Assembly: GCA_045046875.1 (NCBI GenBank)
Contig: JASFYY010000101.1
Location: 1-16,363, forward strand
Length of the DNA: 16,363 nucleotides
Source: Verrucomicrobiota bacterium
GTDB lineage: Bacteria > Verrucomicrobiota > Verrucomicrobiia > Verrucomicrobiales > DEV007
Direction of reading: 5' to 3'
In this document: piece after piece, positions 8,148-16,363 of the stretch
How positions within the stretch are numbered: the stretch's first letter is position 1
Layout: each line of letters starts with the position of its first letter
Notes under the pieces: model-generated
The model's database searches: none
Told to the model about the DNA's origin: nothing
The model's input: the letters and a program-made list of their open reading frames with translations, nothing else
Program-made: the position numbers and the translations under genes

Positions 8148-9368
8148 TCACTCCTCTGCCCCACGCATTCCTATTACATCTGGCAGCCCTGAATGCATCC
8201 AGGGCAATGGTCCGCCGCATACTGGGTCCAGAATATCGGCACGGGCTTCGACCCATCTCAGCCACAGGTCGAGACCGGAGCCATACGGTTGCTCGCCATA
8301 TCGCTGAAGCACCTCACTTTTGCAGGCTTTGTGGAACGAGCGAATGGACTCAGCCTTTTCATGTTTCTCGACATCCTCCAACAACTTCTCGACGGCCCGC
8401 GCCTCTTGCCTACACTGTTGCTGAAAATGCCATCGGATCTCTTCGCGCTCCTTTCTACGCTTCTCCTCAATTGCCCACTCGATTTCCCGCTTCTTCCGCT
8501 CGATTGTTTCCAGGCGCATATATTCTCCAGCTTGCGGGAAGCGAGCCACTATCTCACTGACGAACTGCTCAATTCGCTGAATTTTTCCATCCCGCCACAC
8601 TCTCCTTTTATTGAACCCACTCGACACATCTAACGAAAATTCGAGCTTTCCTGAAGGAACATCCTCCCAGTCTTGCCACGAGTATTTTCGATCCTCAGGC
8701 TTCTTGAAGTATTCCCGCCTGTTCTTTTCCCGCAGCGAGAAGCAAACGTGCTCCTCCCCCACTAATACCCAGCAACATTCGCTAGGAGTGCCAGCTCTCT
8801 CGTAGTGAGGCTTTTCAAGATCACGTCGAGCTGTTGGACAATCCATGCTTGAGGACAGTTTAAGGCCCTGCGCTTCAACTCCTCGCACCACGGCATCGAG
8901 AAACAGGAGCGCACGATCCAGAGAACTCGCCGACACCTCGGCATCGAGCCTCTTTCTTACCTTTCTATCTCGCCAACTTTTATTGGACCAAAGCTCACGC
9001 AAATGGGTTCGTGTTTTTTTAACCAGTGGATGAAGGTTATCCAAATTGTCCGCGATGGTGATTTCGGGGAAAGATTCCTTCTCTTGTGGAGTGGGACGAT
9101 GACGATTTATCTCACGCTGGCGCTTACTGTTCTCCTTATTCACAACGTGTTCCAAGCGGGTGTCCTCATTGGCTTTTGGTAGTTTTTTCTTTTTTAGTTT
9201 TTTCCCGGATGCGGTTTTTGTCCAATACCCCAAGGGAGGAGTTGGTATATTCATTGATACACAGATACGTTTGAGTGCACTGCTTGAAATACCCAGTTCA
9301 GCGGCGATTTTCAATGCAGGGCGAGCCCAGGCATCCTCATAGAGCTTTTCACGTTTTAGAGTGGTCAT
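8148..9368 (-). CDS. Hypothetical protein with an N-terminal HTH-like DNA-binding segment and a C-terminal coiled coil, 406 aa
   Basis: N-terminal REKLYEDAWARPALKIAAELGISSSALKRICVSMNIPTPPLGYWTK resembles a conserved uncharacterised family seen on mobile elements (RxxLYxxVW...A..GIS...L...C....IP.P.RGYW.K). Later WRDGKIQRIE, a charged coiled coil and WLRWVEARADILDP fit the same family. Confidence 0.75.
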   Translation of the reverse strand: MTTLKREKLYEDAWARPALKIAAELGISSSALKRICVSMNIPTPPLGYWTKTASGKKLKKKKLPKANEDTRLEHVVNKENSKRQREINRHRPTPQEKESFPEITIADNLDNLHPLVKKTRTHLRELWSNKSWRDRKVRKRLDAEVSASSLDRALLFLDAVVRGVEAQGLKLSSSMDCPTARRDLEKPHYERAGTPSECCWVLVGEEHVCFSLREKNRREYFKKPEDRKYSWQDWEDVPSGKLEFSLDVSSGFNKRRVWRDGKIQRIEQFVSEIVARFPQAGEYMRLETIERKKREIEWAIEEKRRKEREEIRWHFQQQCRQEARAVEKLLEDVEKHEKAESIRSFHKACKSEVLQRYGEQPYGSGLDLWLRWVEARADILDPVCGGPLPWMHSGLPDVIGMRGAEE

Positions 9369-9473
9369 GAGCTAATCTACACGCCAGCCACTTTCATTCC
9401 GACTTCTTGTATCCCCCATCAAACTCCTTGCAGAAAATAGGCCGTAGGTGATAGAAGTCTTTCTCAATCTATC

Positions 9474-11042
9474 ATGTCAGAAGATCACAAGAAGCAACTC
9501 GAATCCCAGCTGTGGAATATTGCCAACACCTTGCGGGGTAAAATGGGTGCCGATGAATTCCGCGATTACATCCTGGGCTTCATTTTCTACAAATACCTGT
9601 CAGAGCGGATGCATCGCTTCGCCGATGAGATCCTGAAGCATGACGGAATCCAGTTCGACAAAATCGATGAGGCGAGCGCAGACGGGCAGGAAATACTCGC
9701 CGCCATCGAGGAGGAATCAGTCGGGCGGCTGGGTTATTTCCTCAAACCATCCGAACTTTTCCACAAGATCGCAGAACGCGGTGGGCAGAAGACAGACAAT
9801 TTCATCCTCGAAGACCTAAGCAATATCCTCAAGCACATCGAGTCCAGCACCATGGGGCACGATAGCGAGGAGGACTTCGAGGGGCTGTTCGAGGATCTCG
9901 ATCTCGGCTCGTCCAAGCTCGGGAAAACCGAGAATCAGAAGAACGAACTCATCGCCAAGGTGCTCGTCCATCTCGATCAGATCGACTTCCGGCTCGGCGA
10001 CACCGAGGCCGACGTGCTGGGCGATGCCTACGAATACCTCATCGGCCAGTTCGCCAGCGGCGCGGGGAAAAAGGCGGGAGAGTTCTACACCCCGCAACAG
10101 GTCAGCACCATCCTCGCCCGCATCGTCACCACTGGGAAGAAGAAGCTCAAGAGCGCCTACGACCCCACCTGCGGCTCGGCCTCGCTGCTGTTGAGGGTGG
10201 CGAAGGAGATCAAGGACGTGGGAAAATTCTACGGTCAGGAGATGAACCCGACCACCTACAACCTCGCCCGCATGAACATGATCCTGCACGGCGTCCACTA
10301 CCAGCGCTTCGATCTGCGCAACGAGGACACTCTGGAACATCCCGCTCCCGAACACGCCGACCTGCGCTTCGATGCCATCGTCGCCAATCCGCCCTTCTCC
10401 GCGAACTGGTCGGCCAGCGCCATCCATGAGAATGACGACCGCTTCAGCGCCTACGGCAAACTCGCCCCCAAGACCAAGGCGGACTTCGCCTTCGTCCAGC
10501 ACATGGTGCATCACCTCGACCACAGCGGCACCATGGCCTGCGTCCTGCCGCACGGCGTCCTCTTTCGCGGCGCGGCGGAGGGACACATCCGGAAATACCT
10601 CATCGACGATTGTAACTACCTCGATGCCGTCATCGGCCTGCCGTCCAATATCTTCTATGGCACCGGCATCCCCACCTGCATCCTCGTCCTGAAAAAGGGA
10701 CGCGAAAACCCCGACGACATCCTCTTCATCGACGCCAGCCAAGGCTTCACCAAAGAGGGCAAGGACAACACCCTGATGCCTGAGGACATCGAGCGCATCG
10801 TCAGCACCTACCGGAAACGGGAGAGCATCGAGAAATTCAGCCACGTCGCCGAGTTGAGCGAGGTCGAGGAAAACGACTACAACCTCAACATCCCGCGCTA
10901 CGTTGATACCTTCGAAGAAGAGGAAGAGGTCGATCTCGCGGAGGTCTCGGAGAAGCTGGTCGCTTTGGAAAACGAGATGGGCGAGACGGACAAAGTCATC
11001 GCGGGGTTTTGTGAGAAACTGGGAATCAAGACACCGTTCTGA
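9474..11042 (+). CDS. hsdM: Type I restriction-modification methyltransferase subunit M (N6-adenine), 522 aa
   Basis: LWNIANTLRG, LGDAYEYLI, GEFYTP, motif I YDPTCGSASLL, motif IV ANPPF, LPHGVLFRG and NLNIPRYVD. Confidence 0.97.
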   Translation: MSEDHKKQLESQLWNIANTLRGKMGADEFRDYILGFIFYKYLSERMHRFADEILKHDGIQFDKIDEASADGQEILAAIEEESVGRLGYFLKPSELFHKIAERGGQKTDNFILEDLSNILKHIESSTMGHDSEEDFEGLFEDLDLGSSKLGKTENQKNELIAKVLVHLDQIDFRLGDTEADVLGDAYEYLIGQFASGAGKKAGEFYTPQQVSTILARIVTTGKKKLKSAYDPTCGSASLLLRVAKEIKDVGKFYGQEMNPTTYNLARMNMILHGVHYQRFDLRNEDTLEHPAPEHADLRFDAIVANPPFSANWSASAIHENDDRFSAYGKLAPKTKADFAFVQHMVHHLDHSGTMACVLPHGVLFRGAAEGHIRKYLIDDCNYLDAVIGLPSNIFYGTGIPTCILVLKKGRENPDDILFIDASQGFTKEGKDNTLMPEDIERIVSTYRKRESIEKFSHVAELSEVEENDYNLNIPRYVDTFEEEEEVDLAEVSEKLVALENEMGETDKVIAGFCEKLGIKTPF

Positions 11043-12274
11043 TGAAAGCGGCAACGACAATTCCAAAACTGCGATTTTCCGATTTCACGCAAAAGTGGAC
11101 AATTCTTCGCATGGAGAACATTGGCCGGGTGATCCGTGGTGCCAGCCCGAGACCTAAGGGGGATAAAAGGTATTATGGCGGCACAGTCCCAAGACTGATG
11201 GTGCAGGATGTAACACGGGATGGGAAATGGGTTACTCCGACGATTGATTCCCTCACTGAAGCTGGAGCTAAGTTGAGTCGGCCGTGCCCGGCAGGCACCT
11301 TGACCATAGTTTGTTCAGGAACTGTCGGGATTGTCTCTTTTCTAGCCGTCGATGCGTGCATTCATGATGGATTTCTTGCGCTTATCGACATCGACGAAAC
11401 GGCGGTAACAAAGGATTTTCTGTTTCATCGCTTAAGCACCCTTCGTGAGCAGTTTGAGCAGGGAGCAACCCATGGAGGAATATTCACGAATTTAACCACC
11501 TCTGGGATCAAGGAGTTTGAGTTTCCCGCTCCCACCCTCCCCGAGCAGCGGAAGATCGCGGACTTCCTGACGGCGGTGGATGGGTGGATCGGGCAACTGA
11601 TCCAAAAGAAAGCCCTGCTGGAGGACTACAAGAAAGGCGTGATGCAACAGCTCTTCACCCAAGCCATCCGCTTCAAAGACGAACACGGCAACGACTTCCC
11701 CGAGTGGGAGGAGAAGAAGCTGGGGGAGGCAACAAAATGGGCATCAGGAGGCACGCCATCGAAGGACAACGCTTCGTTCTGGGAGGGCGACATTCCTTGG
11801 TTGAGTGCCGCGTCCATGCACGAAAGGTATTACAGTGACTCACCGCTTAGAGTTTCAAAGGAAGGGGTGAAGTCGGGATCGAAGATGGCGCTGAAAGGAA
11901 CGCTTTTACTTCTAGTTCGCGGTAGTATGCTTTGGAATCGAATCCCAGTTGGAATCACTACACGCGATGTTGCTTTCAACCAGGACGTGAAGGCGCTTAC
12001 TCCGACAGGCAAGGTTCTCGCTGGATTTTTGCTCCAGTGGTTTATCGCTTCGGAAAACATGCTTCTCCACAAGGTGGTTGGAACTGGGATCGGCGCAGGC
12101 AAGTTGGATACGGATGAAATGAAGAGCCTACGTTTCCGTCTGCCTACGACTGAAGAACAAACCAAGATCGCCGACTTCCTCTCCGCCCTCGACCGCAAGA
12201 TCGAAAGCGTCGCCACCCAGATCACAGAGACCCAAACCTTCAAGCGCGGGTTGCTCCAGCAGATGTTTGTATGA
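11042..12274 (+). CDS. hsdS: Type I restriction-modification specificity subunit S with two TRDs, 410 aa
   Basis: IPKLRF N-terminus; two variable regions separated by conserved PTLPEQRKIADFL...KKGVMQQLF...FPEWEEKKLGE; C-terminal repeat PTTEEQTKIADFL...KRGLLQQMF. TGATG overlap with hsdM. Confidence 0.96.
   Translation: MKAATTIPKLRFSDFTQKWTILRMENIGRVIRGASPRPKGDKRYYGGTVPRLMVQDVTRDGKWVTPTIDSLTEAGAKLSRPCPAGTLTIVCSGTVGIVSFLAVDACIHDGFLALIDIDETAVTKDFLFHRLSTLREQFEQGATHGGIFTNLTTSGIKEFEFPAPTLPEQRKIADFLTAVDGWIGQLIQKKALLEDYKKGVMQQLFTQAIRFKDEHGNDFPEWEEKKLGEATKWASGGTPSKDNASFWEGDIPWLSAASMHERYYSDSPLRVSKEGVKSGSKMALKGTLLLLVRGSMLWNRIPVGITTRDVAFNQDVKALTPTGKVLAGFLLQWFIASENMLLHKVVGTGIGAGKLDTDEMKSLRFRLPTTEEQTKIADFLSALDRKIESVATQITETQTFKRGLLQQMFV
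11552..12180 (+). repeat. Internal direct repeat of the hsdS conserved regions (copies at 11552-11568 and 12164-12180)
   Basis: AAGATCGCGGACTTCCT versus AAGATCGCCGACTTCCT, 16/17 identical, both encoding KIADFL. Confidence 0.8.
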
Positions 12275-15147
12275 GTGACTCACCACCCAACACCGTTGCC
12301 ATGACCCAGTCCGAGCAGGTGCTGGAGGACGGACTGGTGGCGCAGTTGGTCGGCCTTGGCTACGCGAAGGTGGCGGTGACGGATGAGGCTTCCATGCTGG
12401 CGAACCTGAAGGCGCAGCTCGGGGCTTTCAACGAAGTGGAACTGACCGACGGGGAGTTCACCAAGGTGCTGCACCACCTGAACAAAAGCGCGGGTGTTTT
12501 CAGCAAGGCGAAGACCCTGCGGGACAGGATGAAGCTGGATCGCGAGGACGGAACAACCACCTATCTGGAGTTCTTCGATTCCACCGATCCGCTGCGCAAC
12601 CGCTGGCAGGTGACTCAGCAGGTGGCGATGGACGAGGGCAGCTACAAGAACCGCTACGATGTCACCATCCTCTGCAACGGCCTGCCGGTGACGCAGATCG
12701 AGCTGAAGCGGCGCGGGCTGGAGATGAAGGAGGCTTTCAACCAGATCCAGCGTTACCAGAAGCACAGTTTCTGGAGCGGCCAGGGCTTGTTCCACTTCGT
12801 CCAGCTCTTCGTGATCAGCAACGGGGTGAACACGAAGTATTACGCCAACGCCCGCAAGCAGTCCTTCAAGCAGACCTTTTACTGGGCGAGCGAGGACAAC
12901 AAGACGATCCGCGAGCTGAAGCCCTTCGCAGAGGCTTTCCTGAACCGGGAACACCTCGGCGGGATGATCGGCAAATACACGGTGCTCAACGAGACGGACA
13001 AGATCCTGATGGTGCTGCGCCCTTACCAATTCTACGCAGCGGTGGAGATCGTGGAGCGGGTGATTCATCCCCCGGAGACCGATCCCAATGGCTACGTCTG
13101 GCACACCACCGGCTCAGGCAAGACGCTGACGAGTTTCAAGGCGGCGCAGATCCTCACCGGGCTGCCGGGCATTTCCAAGGTGGTCTTCGTGGTGGACAGG
13201 AAGGATCTGGATTACCAGACGATCAAGGAGTTCAACGGCTTCAGCAAGGGGAGCGTGGACAGCACGAACAACACGAAGAAGCTGGTGGCGCAGTTCACCG
13301 ACGACACCAAGCTGATCGTCACCACTCTACAAAAGCTCAACACCGCCATCAGCAAGCAGGCGTATCTTGCTGCAATGGAGAAGCTCCGAGACGAGCGGAT
13401 CATTTTCATCTTCGACGAGTGCCACCGCAGCCAGTTCGGCGACACGCACAAGCGGATCGTGGAGTTTTTCCGCAATCACCAGATGTTCGGCTTCACCGGC
13501 ACCCCGATCTTCGCGGACAACGCGGCGAGCAAGAACGGCAAGAAGCACACGACCAAGGATCTCTTCCACAAGCAGCTCCACACCTATGTGATCACGGATG
13601 CGATCAAGGACGAGAACGTGCTGAAATTCGCCGTGGAATACGTGGGGCGATACAAGAAGAAGGGCGCGACCGAGATCGACATCGAGGTGGAGGGCATCGA
13701 CACCAAGGAGCTGATGGAATCCCCGGCACGGCTGGAGAAAATCACGGACTACATCATCGACCGCCACGCGGTGAAGACCCGCAACAAGGAGTTCACCGCG
13801 ATGATGTGCGTCGGCTCGGTGGATACGCTGATCAAATACTACGAGCTGTTCGCCGCGAAGAAGAAGGAGGGCAAGCACAAGCTCCGCATCGCCACGATCT
13901 TCAGCTACACCAGCAACGAGGAGGACAAGGACGCGGACGGCATTCTCGATGAGGACAGCGAGATCATCGGCGGCGAAGGCGGCAACCCCCACACGCGGGA
14001 GAAGCTGGACGGCTTCATTTCCGACTACAACGCGATGTTCGGGACGGGCTACTCGACCAAGGACACTCAGAGCTTCTATAACTACTATCAGGACATCGCC
14101 AAGAAGGTGAAGGCCGGGAAGGTGGATATCCTGCTGGTGGTGAACATGTTTCTAACCGGCTTTGACAGCGTGAGGCTGAACACGATGTATGTGGATAAGA
14201 ACCTGCGCTACCACGGTCTGGTGCAGGCGTATTCCCGCACCAATCGCATCCTCAACGAGGTGAAGAGCCAAGGGAATATCGTGGTCTTCCGCAACCTCAA
14301 GAAACGCACCGACGAGGCCATCGCCCTTTTCTCCAACGTGAACGCCAAGGAGGAAATTTTCGTGCCGCCATACGATGAGTATGTGAAGCAGTTCAATACC
14401 GTCGTGATAGAATTGCTAGCACTGACGCCCACTGTCCGCAGCGTGAAAGATCTGCCCGATGAAGAAGCGGAATTGAAATTTGTGAAGATCTTCCGTGAGC
14501 TGATGCGCTTGCGGAATATTCTGGAATCATTTTCCGAATTTGAGGATGACGACCTCGCTCTTCCTGCACAGCGCTTTGCTGATTACCGCAGCGCTTATCT
14601 GGATCTTTACGACAAGGTCAAAACGGACAATCAAAAGGAGAAAACTTCTATCCTCGATGATGTAGATTTCGAACTGGAATTGATCCACCGCGACGTCATC
14701 AACGTGCAGTATATCCTGACCCTGTTAGCGCGGCTCTACGACGCGGACGAAGCCCAGCAACAAAAACTCCGAACACTGATCCTTGATTCCGTCGCGGGAG
14801 AAATTGAGCTGCGCAGCAAGCGGGAGCTGATTCAAAAATTTATAGATGGCACCCTACCCAAGCTGGACAGCGCAGCGGAGATTCCGGATTCTTTCGAGGA
14901 CTTTTGGGAACAGGAACGGGTCAAGGCTTTTGATGCCCTGTGCAAAGAGGAGCATCTTGATCCTGATAAGCTCAAAAAGGTCATCGACAAATACGTTTAC
15001 ACAGGAGACGCCCCCCTACCTGATCCCGACATTGTCGAACTGATCGACCAACCGCTCAAACTAATGGAGAGAAAAAAAATAAGGGAGCGGGTCTTAGAAA
15101 AAGTAATCGACTATGTGGGGACTTTTATCGAAGGAATAGCGGCGTAG
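12271..15147 (+). CDS. hsdR: Type I restriction endonuclease subunit R (EcoR124I-like), 958 aa
   Basis: Nuclease RYDVTIL...QIELK and QIQRY; helicase motifs LRPYQ, HTTGSGKT, DECHR, FTGTP, MFLTGFD and QAYSRTNR; C-terminal DFELELIHRDVINVQYI. ATGA overlap with hsdS; an alternative start lies at 12301. Confidence 0.97.
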   Translation: MSDSPPNTVAMTQSEQVLEDGLVAQLVGLGYAKVAVTDEASMLANLKAQLGAFNEVELTDGEFTKVLHHLNKSAGVFSKAKTLRDRMKLDREDGTTTYLEFFDSTDPLRNRWQVTQQVAMDEGSYKNRYDVTILCNGLPVTQIELKRRGLEMKEAFNQIQRYQKHSFWSGQGLFHFVQLFVISNGVNTKYYANARKQSFKQTFYWASEDNKTIRELKPFAEAFLNREHLGGMIGKYTVLNETDKILMVLRPYQFYAAVEIVERVIHPPETDPNGYVWHTTGSGKTLTSFKAAQILTGLPGISKVVFVVDRKDLDYQTIKEFNGFSKGSVDSTNNTKKLVAQFTDDTKLIVTTLQKLNTAISKQAYLAAMEKLRDERIIFIFDECHRSQFGDTHKRIVEFFRNHQMFGFTGTPIFADNAASKNGKKHTTKDLFHKQLHTYVITDAIKDENVLKFAVEYVGRYKKKGATEIDIEVEGIDTKELMESPARLEKITDYIIDRHAVKTRNKEFTAMMCVGSVDTLIKYYELFAAKKKEGKHKLRIATIFSYTSNEEDKDADGILDEDSEIIGGEGGNPHTREKLDGFISDYNAMFGTGYSTKDTQSFYNYYQDIAKKVKAGKVDILLVVNMFLTGFDSVRLNTMYVDKNLRYHGLVQAYSRTNRILNEVKSQGNIVVFRNLKKRTDEAIALFSNVNAKEEIFVPPYDEYVKQFNTVVIELLALTPTVRSVKDLPDEEAELKFVKIFRELMRLRNILESFSEFEDDDLALPAQRFADYRSAYLDLYDKVKTDNQKEKTSILDDVDFELELIHRDVINVQYILTLLARLYDADEAQQQKLRTLILDSVAGEIELRSKRELIQKFIDGTLPKLDSAAEIPDSFEDFWEQERVKAFDALCKEEHLDPDKLKKVIDKYVYTGDAPLPDPDIVELIDQPLKLMERKKIRERVLEKVIDYVGTFIEGIAA

Positions 15148-15177
15148 GCTGTGGAAAGCCCTTGATAAAAGAGGGGG

Positions 15178-15540
15178 TCAAGCAATTACTTCCAGCCCGT
15201 GGTGGATATGCGTATCATATAGTTCTGCGAACTCTACCTGAGCCGCTCCCACATCCTGCTCAAATCGACGTAGGTTAGCTCCGGTATCAACACCGATGGA
15301 ATGTAGCAGCCAACGCAGGGACTGGAGCAAAAGGCGGGGATCACGAGATAGATGGGCTCCTGCACTGGGGAAAGCATTGACGTTGTCCATGAAGGCCGAT
15401 TCAGCGCCATAGTCACTGACGACCACTACGCTGTCGATGATGTGGGTCCACCGTGGGTAGATTGCCCCCTCTACGCCATCAGCAGTAAAACTAATACCCT
15501 CTCGCAGGGCGTCTGGACTTCTATTTATCTTTAATGCCAT
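15178..15540 (-). CDS. Hypothetical protein, about 120 aa (MALKINRSPD...HHGLEVIA)
   Basis: Open frame converging on hsdR with a 30-bp gap and protein-like composition from the ATG at 15540. The longer ORF-track start at 15609 adds an unconvincing leader. No recognisable motif. Confidence 0.5.
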   Translation of the reverse strand: MALKINRSPDALREGISFTADGVEGAIYPRWTHIIDSVVVVSDYGAESAFMDNVNAFPSAGAHLSRDPRLLLQSLRWLLHSIGVDTGANLRRFEQDVGAAQVEFAELYDTHIHHGLEVIA

Positions 15541-15559
15541 TTTGCAAATTTTTGCAAAT
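15540..15559. repeat. Tandem TTTTGCAAAT x2, each copy containing the palindrome TTTGCAAA
   Basis: TTTTGCAAATTTTTGCAAAT abuts the ATG at 15540. The same 10-mer occurs at 8101-8110. Confidence 0.55.
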
Positions 15560-16155
15560 CTCGCGGAATTACTCCTACACACATACACCCGATTGAAGCC
15601 ATTTAACACGATGAAAAAATTCTATCACCTCTAGCGAAATTGCGACTCTCTCTAAATTTCATTCCCATCCACACCGACCAATCTTCCCCTCTTTCTTCCA
15701 TCGCAATTTTTTTCGCATCTTCCGTCCTCCACGCCCTTGCCTTACAAGTCTGATTGCCTGCTGCTTTTATTCCACTTGTATCCCTCTGGATCACATTGTG
15801 TAAAAAACAAGTATAAGACTGCAAACTTACTCACCTTCTTTCCCTCGGCCTTTCCTTCCCCCCTTGAAAAGCTTCGCTCGCCTTCTGCCCCTAGATTTAT
15901 TAGGCGCAGTTTTCAGCTTAGCTTTGCTTCCTCTTTTTTACCTGTTTTACAATTCATGCAACCTCCTTCTTTTCACGTTAATGTCGATTTTCATAATTCA
16001 AACGCGATTAGTTTCACGCCGTAGTCGAACTTTGTTCAATATACCATATTGAAACCTACCCTACATAAATAACTAGCGTAACGTAACGAACTATCACTAG
16101 AGCTAACTTCAATTTGAATGATCCAAACCCTGAAACCGACCTCTAGACAAATCCT

Positions 16156-16362
16156 TCATAGTTCAATCTGGTTGTTTCGTTTTTTCATTTCTCGTTTTGC
16201 AGCAAGGATGGCCTCACGGCGGGAATCAACATCAAGGTGAGCAATGCGCTGCTCCGTCCTCCGCAGGTCACTGGCCAGGGCGCGGGTGCGCTCACCCTCA
16301 GCAACAGCAACAGCGCGGTCACGCATAGTCAGCACAGCCTCTTCGTAGGACTGGCCAGCCTG
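16156..16362 (-). CDS. 3' end of a gene entering from the right edge; coiled-coil tail, possibly of a relaxase/mobilization protein
   Basis: Not in the ORF track. Hand translation gives QAGQSYEEAVLTMRDRAVAVAEGERTRALASDLRRTEQRIAHLDVDSRREAILAAKREMKKRNNQIEL*, open to the window edge with higher GC than the adjacent DNA. The function call rests only on the style of the tail. Confidence 0.6.
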   Translation of the reverse strand, partial: QAGQSYEEAVLTMRDRAVAVAEGERTRALASDLRRTEQRIAHLDVDSRREAILAAKREMKKRNNQIEL

Positions 16363-16363
16363 T

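Noticed and set aside
10160..10195. HsdM motif I reads CGSASLL rather than CGSGSLL, suggesting an inactive methyltransferase
   Set aside because: Ala at this position occurs in active type I MTases (EcoKI has GTAG), and NPPF and the other motifs are intact.
11042..12274. Phase-variable (shufflon or SSR) hsdS locus
   Set aside because: Only one hsdS, no silent TRD copies, no inverted repeats, recombinase or simple-sequence tract seen; the internal direct repeat is the normal HsdS duplication.
9816..13992. Long antisense ORFs 9816-11066, 12280-13104 and 13327-13992
   Set aside because: Shadow frames opposite hsdM/hsdR caused by strong G/C-ending codon bias; no recognisable motifs.
15603..16052. 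Short ORFs 15603-15824 (-), 15737-16024 (+) and 15864-16052 (+)
   Set aside because: Low-complexity translations that mirror the purine/pyrimidine strand bias, with weak starts and no motifs.
1..16363. CRISPR array, tRNA/rRNA genes, transposase or integrase
   Set aside because: No regularly spaced repeats, RNA-gene signatures or DDE/tyrosine/serine recombinase motifs were seen by eye.

Overview
This window looks like a bacterial anti-phage defence island, possibly on a mobilizable element. From left to right: (1) the C-terminal half of an EEP (ExoIII-like) phosphoesterase, truncated at its 5' end. (2) A tightly coupled minus-strand trio of DUF4238, DUF4209/HEPN (RNEMSH motif) and an HNH_5-type nuclease. 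(3) An unusual Septu/PtuAB-like pair in which the ABC-type ATPase carries its own N-terminal PtuB-like HNH domain with apparently degenerate catalytic residues, followed by a translationally coupled, intact PtuB-like HNH. No retron reverse transcriptase is present in the window. (4) A 406-aa protein of unknown function with an N-terminal HTH-like segment. (5) A divergently transcribed, complete type I restriction-modification operon hsdM-hsdS-hsdR (EcoR124I/type IC-like) with mosaic GC content. (6) A small orphan ORF, a strand-biased non-coding stretch and the 3' end of a coiled-coil gene that may be a relaxase/Mob tail. The best candidates for an undescribed system are the HNH*-ATPase + HNH Septu variant and the DUF4238-HEPN-HNH operon. 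All family calls come from motif recognition by eye; no searches were run.
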